A stretch of 63,551 nt of DNA, counting the filler, from Conidiobolus incongruus B7586 (lineage: Eukaryota): the NCBI GenBank assembly GCA_000697335.1. It is 27 parts of 27 records of this genome, joined end to end, with 100 filler letters (N's around TTAATTAATTAA, not from the genome) between each part and the next. Parts side by side here need not be neighbours in the genome. Positions count along the whole stretch, not along the records: positions 11,839 to 14,888 come from JNEM01005526.1; positions 14,989 to 16,513 come from JNEM01005529.1; positions 16,614 to 18,187 come from JNEM01005530.1; positions 18,288 to 20,528 come from JNEM01005532.1; positions 20,629 to 31,466 come from JNEM01005533.1; 22 more parts are not named here. One strand, written 5' to 3'. Positions 14,150-26,390 of this stretch are shown piece by piece (the first letter of the stretch is position 1; each line of letters starts with the position of its first letter). Both the position numbers and the translations under genes were made by a program. The notes below the pieces were generated by a model. That model did no database searches, was not told where the DNA came from, and saw only the letters and a program-made list of their open reading frames with translations.

Positions 14150-14700
14150 ATATTATTGTAATTTAATTATAAATTCTTTAAAATCATTTAAGATTTAAAA
14201 ACAGCTTATTAAAATAATATTTTTTCTTAAGTTATCCTTTAGAATTAAATTTATTATTTTAAAATTAAAAAGGGTACTATTTAAGATTTTTCTAAATCTA
14301 TAAACTAATTTCTATTGTAATTTTTTTATTGATTATATAATTAAAAAAATATATTAAAGGATATTTCTTTATTTTAAATAAATAATTATCTAGTTAATTT
14401 AATATCAATTATATAGTTGTTTTATATATTTAACCTTAAACTTGGATTAATTAATAGCAATATTTAATAAATATCTCATCATTTAACCAAAGTTTAAATA
14501 TTTAAATAGCTATAGTTAAATAAAACCAATAGAATTTTTATTAAAAATAATACTTCTCTTAGTAAACTATTATTATTAATATATTATAAATATTTTATAT
14601 CCTTTTATTTAAGAATTTAACAAAATATTAAATTAAACTAAAATATCCCCTTATATAAAAATTAATAAATAAATAGTATCTATTATAATAAAATATAATT
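14150..14700. repeat. Unclassified degenerate repeat, family E
   Basis: 14200-14282 is the reverse complement of 16614-16690 (aatagtacccttttaattttaaaat vs aataatatcccttttagttttaaaat). Weak resemblance to a hAT C-terminus on the minus strand, not convincing. Ends are approximate. Confidence 0.4.
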
Positions 14701-14994
14701 ATATATATATTTCTTATTTAATTTTTAAAAATAAATAAATTAATACTAAATTTAATTTGTTTGTTTAAATAATTTTTAATTAGTTTTTTATTATTAATTT
14801 AGAATATCTATTTTTTTTCAAAATATTTTCAAAATATATAAAATTAAACTTATGAAAGATTTTTATATTAAAAAAGCTAAAAAAACTANNNNNNNNNNNN
14901 NNNNNNNNNNNNNNNNNNNNNNNNNNNNNNNNTTAATTAATTAANNNNNNNNNNNNNNNNNNNNNNNNNNNNNNNNNNNNNNNNNNNNTTAAAA

Positions 14995-15000
<6 letters not shown>

Positions 15001-15028
<28 letters not shown>
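15001..15028. repeat. (TA)n microsatellite
   Basis: 14 consecutive TA units. Confidence 0.9.
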
Positions 15029-15029
<1 letters not shown>

Positions 15030-15033
<4 letters not shown>

Positions 15034-15200
15034 CATAAACTAATATTAAAACATTAATAATTCTTTAACTAAAATAAAAAGATATTTTTCAATATATTTT
15101 TTTATTTTATTTATTATTGAAAAAGCTATAGTTAAAATTAATTTGTTAAATTTTAATTTAGTTTAAATAATTTACCTAATGATAATTGATAAAGTATGAA
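15030..15200 (-). mobile_element. Mariner fragment (HTH region)
   Basis: Aligns with 17510-17690 (aactaatattaaaa..., aactaaaataaaaag.tatttttcaat). Confidence 0.7.
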
Positions 15201-15229
15201 TAAAATATCTTTTATAAAAATTACCTATA

Positions 15230-15497
15230 TATTAACTTTTAAAAATAAGTCATAAAATTAAAATTACTTATATACTTACTTATTTCTTAAATAATCCTTA
15301 ATTAAATGAATTTAAATTAAAATATTAAATTTACCTATATTATTTGATTATAACTAAAAATATTTGATTATATTTTATTAACTATTGGTTAATATATTAA
15401 AACTTAAAATTTAACTAAGGTGAGTTATATATTTATAGGTTTATAAATTAAAAAAGTATTAATAACAAAATTTATATATATCTTTTTTTTCTATTAT
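15230..15497 (+). mobile_element. Tc1 family A, 5' end, interrupted by a second Tc1
   Basis: Terminus tattaacttttaaaaataagtcataaaatt and inner repeat aaggtgagttatatatttatagg at about 15417. Matches 48810-49020. Confidence 0.8.
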
Positions 15498-16513
15498 ATA
15501 TTAGCTTATAAAAGTAGGTTATAAAATTATGATTATATATATTTTTATCAATAACTTAGTTAATTCTTAATTAAATTAATTTAAATTAAAAATATATAAT
15601 AAAATTATATTATTTATTTATAATTAAATATTTTTGATCTAATAATATTAACTTTTAGATGATATATTAAAATTTAAATTTTATCTAAGATAAGTTATAA
15701 ATTTATATATTTTGGTTTTAGAAAAAAAATTAAAACTTAATATATTTATCTTTTGCTTTATTAACTTTTTTAAGTTTATAAGATATAGAGTCAACTAACT
15801 TCTTATATTAAGAAAGATTAATTTTGTTTTAAGCTTTTTAAATATATTCTTAAAGCTTATTTAAATTTTTTATTAGTGGGAAAGCTTTAATTATTTTTTT
15901 AACTAATCTTAAAGATATTTAATTTGATTAAAATTAAAAGATTAAAGAAGTTATTTTATAACTATTATTTTATTATTTTTAAACTATTTGGTAATAGAAA
16001 TAATAATATAACAAAAAGTATTATTTTATTAGAAAATAATATCTGATTTATTTAACTTAGATTATTTAATAATTCCTTTAATTCATTGTTTAAAATATTA
16101 TAGCATATCTTAATATTAATTCCCTTATTAATTTTATAAAAATATCTTATACTAAAAGATAATATATATCTTTAAATTATAATAAGCCTATTATTATATT
16201 TTTAGGTTAAAATAACATAATAATTATAAAGTAATTCTTTGTTTTTTCTAAAATATCTAGCTTTTTTATTAGATTTATTAAGATATATTTTTGTTTTATT
16301 AAACTAAATCACCTTACTCTAATTAATTATAATTTAACTTTAGTGGTGATATTTAAATTCCCATCTAGCTTTTTAATAAAATTTCTTTAATTAAGGGTGT
16401 TTTTTATTAAAGTATAAGTAATATATATTATAATATAAAGTATGTATAATAATATTAATATTAACTAATATTTTTATATAGTTTTATAATTCTTTTTATT
16501 TTTTTATAATAGT
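15498..16513 (-). mobile_element. Tc1 family A relic (3' two-thirds)
   Basis: Colinear with 19104-20120 from the terminus (tattagcttataaaagtaggttataaaattatgattata) through the DDE region. Confidence 0.88.
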
Positions 16514-16693
16514 NNNNNNNNNNNNNNNNNNNNNNNNNNNNNNNNNNNNNNNNNNNNTTAATTAATTAANNNNNNNNNNNNNNNNNNNNNNNNNNNNNNN
16601 NNNNNNNNNNNNNAATAATATCCCTTTTAGTTTTAAAATTACAAATTTAGTAATATATTGTAATTTTAAATAAAATATCATTTTTATAAATTA

Positions 16694-17860
16694 TTACTTT
16701 ATAATTTAAATAATAGGAATTTTTTACAATTAAAAAAATAAATATTTTAATATTTAAAAAATAAAAATAAATATATATTATAAAATTAATAATTTCTTTT
16801 ATTTCTAATTACTTTTTACTATATTTTTAATAAAGATTTAACACTTAAAAAATAATTCTTTTTATTAAAGATTAAAATTTGATGTTTTACAAACTAATTA
16901 AATTTTCCTACAGAAATTTTCTTTCTTCTAAGCTAGTTTTTTAATTACCTAAAACAATTATAATTATATAAGTTATAATCTAAAGAATATACTAGATGTA
17001 GTAGTTTTTTCCAGTTATTTTTAATTAAAAAATTTTTTATAACTTTAAATTTATGTATTTTATAATTATCATGTAAAATAATAGGTGTTTTTAAATTATA
17101 TTGAGAATACCAATTAGAAATAGTTTTATTTAAAAAAAAATATAAAGTTTACTATTAATTAATTTTTTTTAAAAATTAAATAAGAATAACATATGTTATT
17201 ATAATCTATTATAACAATTAATATTTGCTTATCAATAAAATATTTATTTAAAAGGATTTATAAAAAGGGTTGATTTAATTTAATCTAACACTTTGATTTA
17301 TGTTTTAATAAAAGATTATACAAAAGAATTTAAGATTCATTAATTATAATAATTTATTGTAAAAGCTTTAGTTTCTAGTTATACCTTAGTAAGTTTTGCT
17401 TAATAATAACTACTCTAGCTTTTTTTAAACATTAATTAAATTATAAGATACCTATTTTATATTTTTATTAATTAATTTTAATTTAAACTTTAATATATAT
17501 AAAATACTTATGTAACTAATATTAAAATGTTTTGATAATTTTCTAACTAAAATAAAAAGGTATTTTTCAATAAATTTTTTTACTTTATTAATAATTAGAA
17601 AAATAACAGTTGAAATTAGTTTTTTAAATTTTAGCAAGTTTTAGGTAGTTTTTTTCTTAGCCTTAAAATAATTTACCTAGCAATAAATTGTTGATTTAGA
17701 TAATATTTTATTATTAAAAGTTGCTTGTAAATTTTAAATAATTTTAGAAAATTTATAGTTAGGTTTTACTAATACTAAAATAAACACTTTTGATGGTTAT
17801 TATTTAGTTTAAGCATAATTAAATTAAATAACTAATTTTAAAAAAATATTTTTTTAATCA
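16694..17860 (-). mobile_element. Mariner relic B1, near full length
   Basis: Track ORF 17452-17637 ends in aaa TAG gta tct tat aat tta (ancestral KWVPHNL). Keeps tta cat gat aat (LHDN) at about 17064-17075 and the degenerate YSPDYNP motif. Confidence 0.9.
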
Positions 17861-18287
17861 AAAAAATAATTTAAAAATATTTATTTTCTTATTTATTTTG
17901 TATATATTTTTTATTTGAAATTAATAATATATTAAAAAAATCAGAAATTAAAAAATTTCTCATTTTTTTAATTTTATGGTAATATTTACATTTTAAATGA
18001 TTTTCAAGATTTTATAGTTAAATTTTGAAAATATAAAAATAAAAACCTTTTGATAATTAATATTTAATCTAAATATTATTAAATTTCAATATAATTTCTA
18101 AAATTAAAATATTTTAATAATAAAAATAATTAAATTAAATATATATTAGCTTATAAAAATAAGCTATAAAATAATAATCATAAATATNNNNNNNNNNNNN
18201 NNNNNNNNNNNNNNNNNNNNNNNNNNNNNNNTTAATTAATTAANNNNNNNNNNNNNNNNNNNNNNNNNNNNNNNNNNNNNNNNNNNN

Positions 18288-18956
18288 TAGGTTAAATATA
18301 ATTTAAGAATATATGTTATCTTTAAATATAAAGTATTTTTATAAGATTAATAAAAAAATTAATATTGAAATATATAAAAATATTTTAAATAATAAATTAA
18401 AAAAATTATTAAATATTATTTTCTAATAAAAATAATACCTTTTGTTATATTATAATTTCTACTATTAAATGGCTTGAAATAACAAAATAATTATTATAAA
18501 ATAATAACTTTAATCTTTTTATCTTAACTTAATTAAATATCTTTAGAATTAACTAAAAAGATTAATTAAAGTTTTCCCTTTAATAAAAAATTTAAATTAA
18601 TTTTAAAAGTATATTTAAGAAGCTTAAAATAATATTAGTCATGCTTAATATAAAAAGTTAATTAACTCTATACCCTATAAACTTAAAATGGTTAGAAAAA
18701 CAAAAGATAGATATATTAGATATTAATTTTTCTATTAATACTAAAACTTATAAATTTATAACTTATTTTAAATATACTTTTAATTTTAATATATTAATTA
18801 ATAATTAATTAAATTCAACTTTATATATTATATTATAAATAAAAAATATATATTAATTATATAGTTTAATATAAATTTATTTGAATAGAAATCTATTAAA
18901 ATAATAATAAAAATATTAATATATTTAATTTTATAACTTACTTTTATAAGCTAATA
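18288..18956 (+). mobile_element. Tc1 family A relic, 3' half
   Basis: Colinear with 8570-9254, including the terminus ttttataacttacttttataagctaata. Confidence 0.88.
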
Positions 18957-19103
18957 TATATATATTAATTATGAATTTAAATTTAATTTTGAATTTTAAC
19001 CTTAAAATATTATATTTTATTGATATATTTGATAAAAAATATAATTATTAATATATTATATTAAATTTGATCAATTAACTTAAAAAAATAAAATCATAAT
19101 ATA

Positions 19104-20528
19104 CACTAGCCTGTAAAAATGAGTTATAAAATTATGATTATATATATTATTATCAATAACTCTGTTAAATCTTAATTAAATTAATTTAAATTAAAACATA
19201 TAATAAACTTATATTATTTATTTATAATTAAGTATATTTGATCCAATTATATTAAGTTTTAATTGATATATTAAAGTTTAAATTTTACCTAAGATGAGTT
19301 ATAAATTTGTGAATTTTGGTTATAAAAAGAAAATTAAAACTTAGTATATTTACCTTTTTCTTTCTTAACTTCCTTAAGTTTATAGGGTATAGAGTCAACT
19401 AACTTCTTATATTAAGAAGGATTAATTTTGTTCTAAACTTCTTAAATATATTTTTAAAGCTCATTTAAATTTTTTATTGGTGGGAAAGCTTTAACTACTT
19501 TTTTTAACTGATCCTAAAGGTATTTAATTAGATTAAAGTTAAAAGATTGAAGAAGCTACTTCATAACTATTATTTTATTATTTTTAAACCATTTGGTAAT
19601 AGAAATAATAATATAGCAAAAAGTATTATCTTATTAGAAAATAACATCTAATTTATTTAACCTATACTATTCAATAGTTTTTTTTAATTCATTGTTTAGA
19701 ATATTTTAGTATATTTTAGCATTAATTCCCCTATTAACTTTATAAAGATACTTTATACTAGAAGCTAACATATATCTCTAAATTATAATTAACCCACTAT
19801 TATATTTTTGGGTTGAAATAACATAATAGTTACAAAGTAGTTTTTTGTCTTTTTTGAAATATCTAGCTTTTTTATCAAATCTACTAAAGTATATTTTTGT
19901 TTCATTAGATTAAATAACCTTGCTCTAATCAATTTTAGTTTAACTTTAGTAGTAACATTTAAACTTTTACCTAACCCTACAGTAAGATTTCTTTAGTTGG
20001 GGGTGTTTTTTCTTAAAGTGCAAGTGATATCTATTATAATATAAAGTATATATAATAATATCAATACTAATTAATATTCATATATAGTCTTGTAATTTTC
20101 TCTATACTTCTATAATAGTATTATATTTACTTATATTAATTAACCTACAAATATACTTTTCATCATGTTTATTTATAATCCTAGTATATTTAAGTTTAGG
20201 TTTAAATATATCCTTACTATAATTTTTAATAGCTTTAACTATAATAAACTAGTTAACACTAGTAATTCCAACAATCTTATAAGTTAATTTACCTTTATTA
20301 TAGAGTTGATTAATATATAAGTGAATCTTTTTAGAGAGGGATTTAAGTATTTTAATACTAATATTATTTAAAATAATAATTTACAATAATAATATTAGTA
20401 TAAATATATATAATTTAATAAAAGAAAAAAAATTTAAGTAATTTTTATTTTATATACCTTTTTAACTCTTAAACCTATAAATTTATAACTCACCTTATTT
20501 AAAATTTAAGATTTGATATATTAACCAA
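19104..20528 (-). mobile_element. Tc1 family A relic, near full length, one of the least mutated copies
   Basis: TA followed by cactagcctgtaaaaatgagttataaaatt. The minus strand keeps att acc aaa tgg ttt, aaa aca ccc caa cta and gat gaa. Colinear with the other family A copies. Confidence 0.92.
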
Positions 20529-20628
20529 NNNNNNNNNNNNNNNNNNNNNNNNNNNNNNNNNNNNNNNNNNNNTTAATTAATTAANNNNNNNNNNNNNNNN
20601 NNNNNNNNNNNNNNNNNNNNNNNNNNNN

Positions 20629-21417
20629 AATTAATTAATTATAATATAAAATAGATATCTTATAATTTAATAAAAGCTTAAAAAAAATTAGAATAATTAT
20701 AGTTAAATTAAACTTACTAAAATATAATTAAAAATAAAAATTTTTATAAAATATACTTATAATTAATAAATCTTAAATTCTTTTATATAATCCTTTATTT
20801 AAAAATAAAATAAACTGTTAGGTTAAGCTAAATTAATCCTCTTTATAAATTCTAATGAATAAATACTTTAAAAATAAGTAAGTATTAATTATTATAATAG
20901 ATTATAATAGTATATAGTTTTTTTTAATAACTCAAGGAAAATTAATTAATAATATATTATATATTAATTTTTTAAATAAAATAATTTTTAAATAGTGTTT
21001 TTAATATAAATTAAAAATACTTATTATTTCACATAATAATTATAAAATACATAAAGTTAAAACTATAAAAGATTTTATATATAAAAAAACTAAAAAGAGT
21101 TACCATATCTAGAATATTCACTTGATTATAACTTACATGATTATAATTGTTTTAAATAATTAAAAAATTAGCTTATAGGAATTTTTTTCCTATAAACAAA
21201 TTAAATTAGTTTATGAAATATTAAATTTCAGTCTTTAATAAAAAGAATTATTTTTTAAGTATTAGAAGCTTATTAAAAGTATAAAAAAGAGTTATTAATA
21301 ATAAAAAAAGCTATTAATTCTATATTATTTAATAAATTTTACATATTTTATATTAATTAATATATTTAATTTTAATTTTAATTTTAAATTTGTGCCATTA
21401 TTTAATTTCTGTATTAA
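20629..21417 (+). mobile_element. Mariner relic B2, 3' two-thirds
   Basis: aaa tag ata tct tat aat tta (WVPHNL-like); tta cca tat cta gaa tat tca ctt gat tat aac tta cat gat tat aat tgt ttt; terminus ttgtgccattatttaatttctgtattaa followed by TA. Confidence 0.88.
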
Positions 21418-21639
21418 TAATTATCTTTTTCTATATCTATTATTTTTAAATATAATACCCCCACCTTAGTGTTATTAAAATCACCTACTAATTTATCACC
21501 AGTTATATTATTCCATTTATTTATTTCATTCGTAAAATTTATATTACTATAATTTCTTTGCTTTATTTATTTTCACTCATTATTATATAATTTTACAATA
21601 TAACTCTTATTTATTCTAATTTGCCTAATTTATAATTAA

Positions 21640-22270
21640 TTCCATATGATAAATTTAATCAAATTGCTATTATGACCCAATTGGCCCTGATAGCCCCTAG
21701 AGTTATAGATCATATAGTCACTTATATCTCTAATCATTATGGTAAAATATTAGAGCTGGTATTAGTACCCTTAATTAATTTTATTACAAAAACTTAAAAA
21801 AATAAGAATGAAAAAGAACAAAAGAAACAGATTCATTAATTAAATTAATATTATTTATATAATTAAATTAATTGATTAATTTAGAGTTAAATCAATTATA
21901 TAAAGTTATATATTGCAAGGCTTTGGGAAGTAGTCTTGAAATAAAGATCACGTGAATTTGATGAAACGGGCCAAAGACAGCTAACTAGATACTTTAGAGG
22001 AGTTTTATTAAAATATCAAGATGTAGGGCTTGGCCCTGATCTAAGTGATCCTCCAGCAAATGTCTGCCCAGTGACTATTTTATAGTGTGGTTGATCCTTG
22101 GCCAATGTATTGAGACTCTAGCTTCTGCTATAGTCTGGAATTTTCCATTGTGTAAGGATTGTTCCTGATATTTGTGAGTGGATTACATTTGGAATTTAGA
22201 CGGATGGTTAAAATTGAAAGGCAAGCGGACCTCCTGATCCGCAACAATATAAGAATATTGAGACCTAATC
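21640..22270 (+). pseudogene. Putative decayed gene of unknown family (GC-richer island)
   Basis: GC is clearly above background. Protein-like stretches (MTQLALIAPRVIDHIVTYISNHYGKILELVLVP; RSREFDETGQRQLTRYFRGVLLKYQDVGLGPDLSDPPANVCP) are broken by stops and frameshifts, with an intron-like AT block ending in ttag at about 21883. An ncRNA is not excluded. Confidence 0.35.
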
Positions 22271-22686
22271 TTTTAACAATTTTTGATCAAATATTTAATC
22301 TATTTATATAACTAGTATTAGTACATTTGTTATAAATTTGCTTTTGATATCAAAGTGATTACTATTATATTTAAATAAAAATATATAATTACTAATTTTT
22401 TGTTCATTTTCCATTAGCAGTTGTGTTTTTAAAAATTTAAAAATTTCAAAATATATTTTTAAATTACTCTAGAAACAATTTAATTTAAAAAAATTTAGCA
22501 AAATAATAAAATTATTTAATCTGAAAGAGTTATATATGCTGTCCACTAAAAAAATTAAAAATATTACTAATAGTAAAATATTTTGAGTAAAAAAATTATT
22601 GTTTGTTGAAATTTGTAAATAATACAAGTGTTATATTCAACTAATAAACCAGAAAAGTATATAACCTATTTACCTCCTTAAAATAT

Positions 22687-23738
22687 ATGAACTACAAAAA
22701 TATGATAAATATTTTGATCTAGTTTTATTTATAATTTAGAAAAATTAGATTAAAAAGAATTTTAATAGCTTTATTTATTGTAAATCAACTTATTCTCAAG
22801 TATCAGAGTAATTTATTTAAAAATCTATGTATTAAAGGCAATTCTAATACATTTTAATTATACCTATTTATTCATTGAGTTTTTTAGTTGATATCATTTT
22901 ATCTGCTGATGGTGGTGCTAACAGATTATGCGATTATTTAAAATCAAATAATAGAGAAACTGGGTAAAACTACTGTTATTTATTAAATTAATCAATAATA
23001 ATGATTGATTTTGAATTAGATTTTTACCTCATTGGATTATTGGAGATTTAGGTTCTATTAGAGATGGCGTATTGAATTTCATAAAAATCAAGTAATATTC
23101 ATTGTATTATTTAATTAAAATTATTAATTTATTTGAATTGGGGAATCAATCCAATGAAAATTATGAAGATACTACTGACTTTACTAAATGCTTTCAACAT
23201 ATTCAAAAATTAAATCAGCATCCAAGAGTGATTCAATTAAAATTAAAAGCATAGCTATTCATTTGGAATCTTATTATAGCATAATGTGGTTATATTAGGT
23301 GGTTTAAATAGTAAATTTGGTCATTCAATCTCTCAGGCGAATAGTTTGTACAGTTTAAAAGATTATCCGTATACACTTTATATTATTTTAGATACTAGTC
23401 TCACATTCATATTGGATCGAGTGATTTATTCCAATTTCTATAATATCATTTATATAATTCGTGATAGGGTGAACATGAATTAAATTTTGATCCAAAGTAT
23501 GAATGTCCTACTTGTGGTCTATTTCCTTTGGAGCATCTTGTTAAAAGTTTAACTACTGAAGGATTAGTATAAAATTTAGGTATATTATCAAATAATACTA
23601 AATAATTTTTATTGATTACATTTAGAAAACCATGAATCTCAATTGGGAGGATTAGTGAGCACTTTCAATCTATTAAAAGAATAAAAAGCCAAAATATTCT
23701 CAGGTGATCCAATTTGCTGAACTATTGATTTAAAATGA
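22687..23738 (+). pseudogene. THI80: Thiamine pyrophosphokinase (THI80/TPK1) pseudogene, intron-containing
   Basis: Exon relics: ALFIVNQ, SADGGANRL, PHWIIGDLGSIR, EDTTDFTKCF, VVILGGLNSKFGHSI, CPTCGLFPL..TTEGLV*NL, LGGLVSTFN..DPIC*TIDLK. In-frame stops at 23570, 23682 and 23718, an apparent frameshift at about 23080 and a lost AG acceptor at about 23140. Start is approximate. Confidence 0.9.
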
Positions 23739-24274
23739 AAAACCATTTACCACGTGGTCAGGTTAGTTAAATTGGAAATGATTTGAGTAATTTTTAATTG
23801 TTAAGTCAATTACATTTCAAATATGTATCTAATAATAACGCATAGTAATAAAATAATAATTATAATATTCGTTCACATAATATTATAAGATAAAAATACA
23901 AAATAAAATTAAAATATATATTATGAACAAATCAAGGTCATAATTTAGAAAAACCAAAATATAAGGTAGCTAAAAAATAGTTGAATGATATATTGGTTAT
24001 ATATATTTAATTGAAAGAAAATTTAATAGTTATATGTAGCATTAAATCAACTTGAATAAACTATTAAAGAATAGAATTTGAAATCAAGTTAATATAATTA
24101 ATAGCTCATATATTTTAATAAATTATCAGATTAATATGTGGGGGTTAATAATCATGGTAAGGTTTAGGTTTGAAATCTATAATCTTCGTAAACAAATATG
24201 AAACAACTTCCAATGGTGAAAAGCTTGGTGGTATGGTAAAGGTTAGTAATAATTCCAAGAATATGATGTACAAC

Positions 24275-25223
24275 TTATACTAAGAGAACGGCGTTGATAC
24301 ATCCGTCATTTTCAGGATTATTGGTAATCTGGGCATATTTACCCCATACAACTTTACCACCAGAAGTGACTAAACCCAATTCACTTACGTTGACTTCGAT
24401 AACAGTACCCTTAGTCATGACACCCAATTGTGTGTAGAGAGGAGATTGAGGATTCTTCTTAACACCAATAATGGGGAGATGGAAAGTAGCACCAAGTTCA
24501 GGGTGCGTGACATGGGCTTTCTTATAACGTAAAGCCATAGGACGGATGAAACGTTCGTACTTGGGAGGCTTACGTGTGAAACCATCACCAACAAAGGTGG
24601 CTTTGGTGACCATACGCTTCCAGGACTTGGAATTCTTTTTCCCAGTCTTAACAACCTTAAACATTTCATCTTCAGCAATACCTCTGACCTTGGGGAGAGG
24701 AACATTCCATTTTCCGGCCTTTTCCTTACGCTTTTCTTTGACCATGTTACTCAAAACCTTAGCACGACGTTCACCTTCACGATCCAAAAGGTAAGCAGGA
24801 ACAGCTCCTTCAGGGACTCCCTCTTCGGTCTTTTGCTTGGTGGATTTTTCTTCGTGCATTTTGATGCTATAACATTGATATTAATTATTATATTAATTTT
24901 CACAATATTAAAATAAATAATTACGCTTTCTTCATTTGAATCTTTTCGGCATGACGTTTCTTATTATAAAGTTTAGCCTTCAAACCATGAACCTTTTGAG
25001 CAAATTGAGATCTCTTATGAACAGATCTAGCTTCCTTCTTACGTCTGAAAAATTAAACATTAATAAATTTGTAAAATTGAGTAAAAATTATTGAAATACT
25101 TTTTTTCATCATGGTCCAATCTACGACCGTATCTTTTAATGTGTTCTTCAATATATTCGTTTTGAGGCTAATTCATTAAATTAATATTTTATTGTTATTG
25201 ATGAGATGATTATTTAATACCAT
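24275..25223 (-). CDS. NSA2: Ribosome biogenesis protein NSA2; exons 25223-25221, 25167-25100, 25044-24925, 24866-24275
   Basis: Splices to [30 protein letters not shown]...[34 protein letters not shown]...[16 protein letters not shown]. Three GT-AG introns of about 55 nt. Confidence 0.97.
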
Positions 25224-25856
25224 ATTGAATTAATAATTAATCTGATTTTTTAAAGGGAATTAATAATTCACACAATCAAACAATTTAAAATTTTTACATT
25301 TTTCATTTATTAAATGTAAATTTGTGGGATTATAGAACTATTATTCATAATTTGTGAATTATAGGTTAAACAAAATTTATCTATTTTGTAAAATAGACAG
25401 TTTTTATTTGATATTAAATTAATTTTTAATAGATTGAACCAAAAATACAATACTTATATTTCATTCCGAAGTCTATAATACTGCTCTAATCTTTATTACT
25501 TCAGAATTGAAAGTCAACTCTTCTTCTAATTAATAGATTTAATAAAATAAGAAATAAGAATCGTACATTTTCCTAAATTAGATGTCAAATTATAAAATAT
25601 TCATTTAATCAATGATGAGAAAAATGATATTCAATGGAATATACTATACTTTGAAATTATTGAATTTCAAGGTGTAAAATTATTTTTATCAATATTAATT
25701 ACATGGATGATGAATAATCTGTCATGTTTGGAAAATAAGAAAATATATACAAATAATAATTCTAAGATGAACAAAATAGGTAATTAATTAAAATAAAGAT
25801 TGCAAATAAAGTGTAAAATTGAAGAAAATGGAAAAAGTTATTAAACCAGTATAACA

Positions 25857-25928
25857 AGCTCTGCCTGAGAATCGAACTCAGATCGCAGGATTCAAAGTCC
25901 TGAGTGCTAACCATTACACCAGCGGAGC
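25857..25928 (-). tRNA. tRNA-Gln(TTG)
   Basis: GCTCCGC TG GTGT AATGGTTA GCAC T CAGGA CT TTG AA TCCTG CGAT CTGAG TTCGATT CTCAG GCAGAGC T forms a 72-nt cloverleaf with A and B boxes. One C-A mismatch in the acceptor stem; T5 run about 20 nt downstream. Confidence 0.95.
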
Positions 25929-26390
25929 TTAAAATTAAATTTTACTGATATTATAAAAATTGGTATTTTTACGCAAAAATCACTTTTATTCATAATTTTT
26001 ATTAATTTTTATTCTTAATTTTTTTATATTTTTAGCCTTTTCTATCGACATGCCCTAATTCAAACTTGTATTTCTTATATTTCATTCTTCTTATTCTTCA
26101 ATCTTTTAAATTATATTTAACAATTATTCTAATTTACATATTTCCCAATATCCACTGCTCATTATATGTTATGATTTTTAATATGATTTGCATTTCAATA
26201 TTTTAAAATTATTAATCTATCTTTATTAAAATAGCAATTATAATTTTGAATATCAGTTATTTAATTGAAGTTCTCCTTATAGAATGTAATATCATAATTT
26301 TAACATTCAGGTACATTGAATTTTAAATTGAATCAAAATAGCATAAAATATATACGAATCCTTAATAATATTGAAAATTACTATATTTAT

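Noticed and set aside
10090..17637. Two similar small ORFs (10090-10317 and 17452-17637) as a novel peptide family
   Set aside because: They are stop-free remnants of the mariner transposase HTH region.
23286..23483. 65-aa ORF as a standalone gene
   Set aside because: It is one THI80 pseudo-exon read through into the next intron.
24415..24794. ORFs 24415-24705 (-) and 24546-24794 (+)
   Set aside because: Alternative-frame and antisense shadows inside NSA2.
25605..25730. TGATGA (box C-like) words between NSA2 and the tRNA
   Set aside because: No suitably placed CTGA box D with a terminal stem or recognisable guide; expected by chance.
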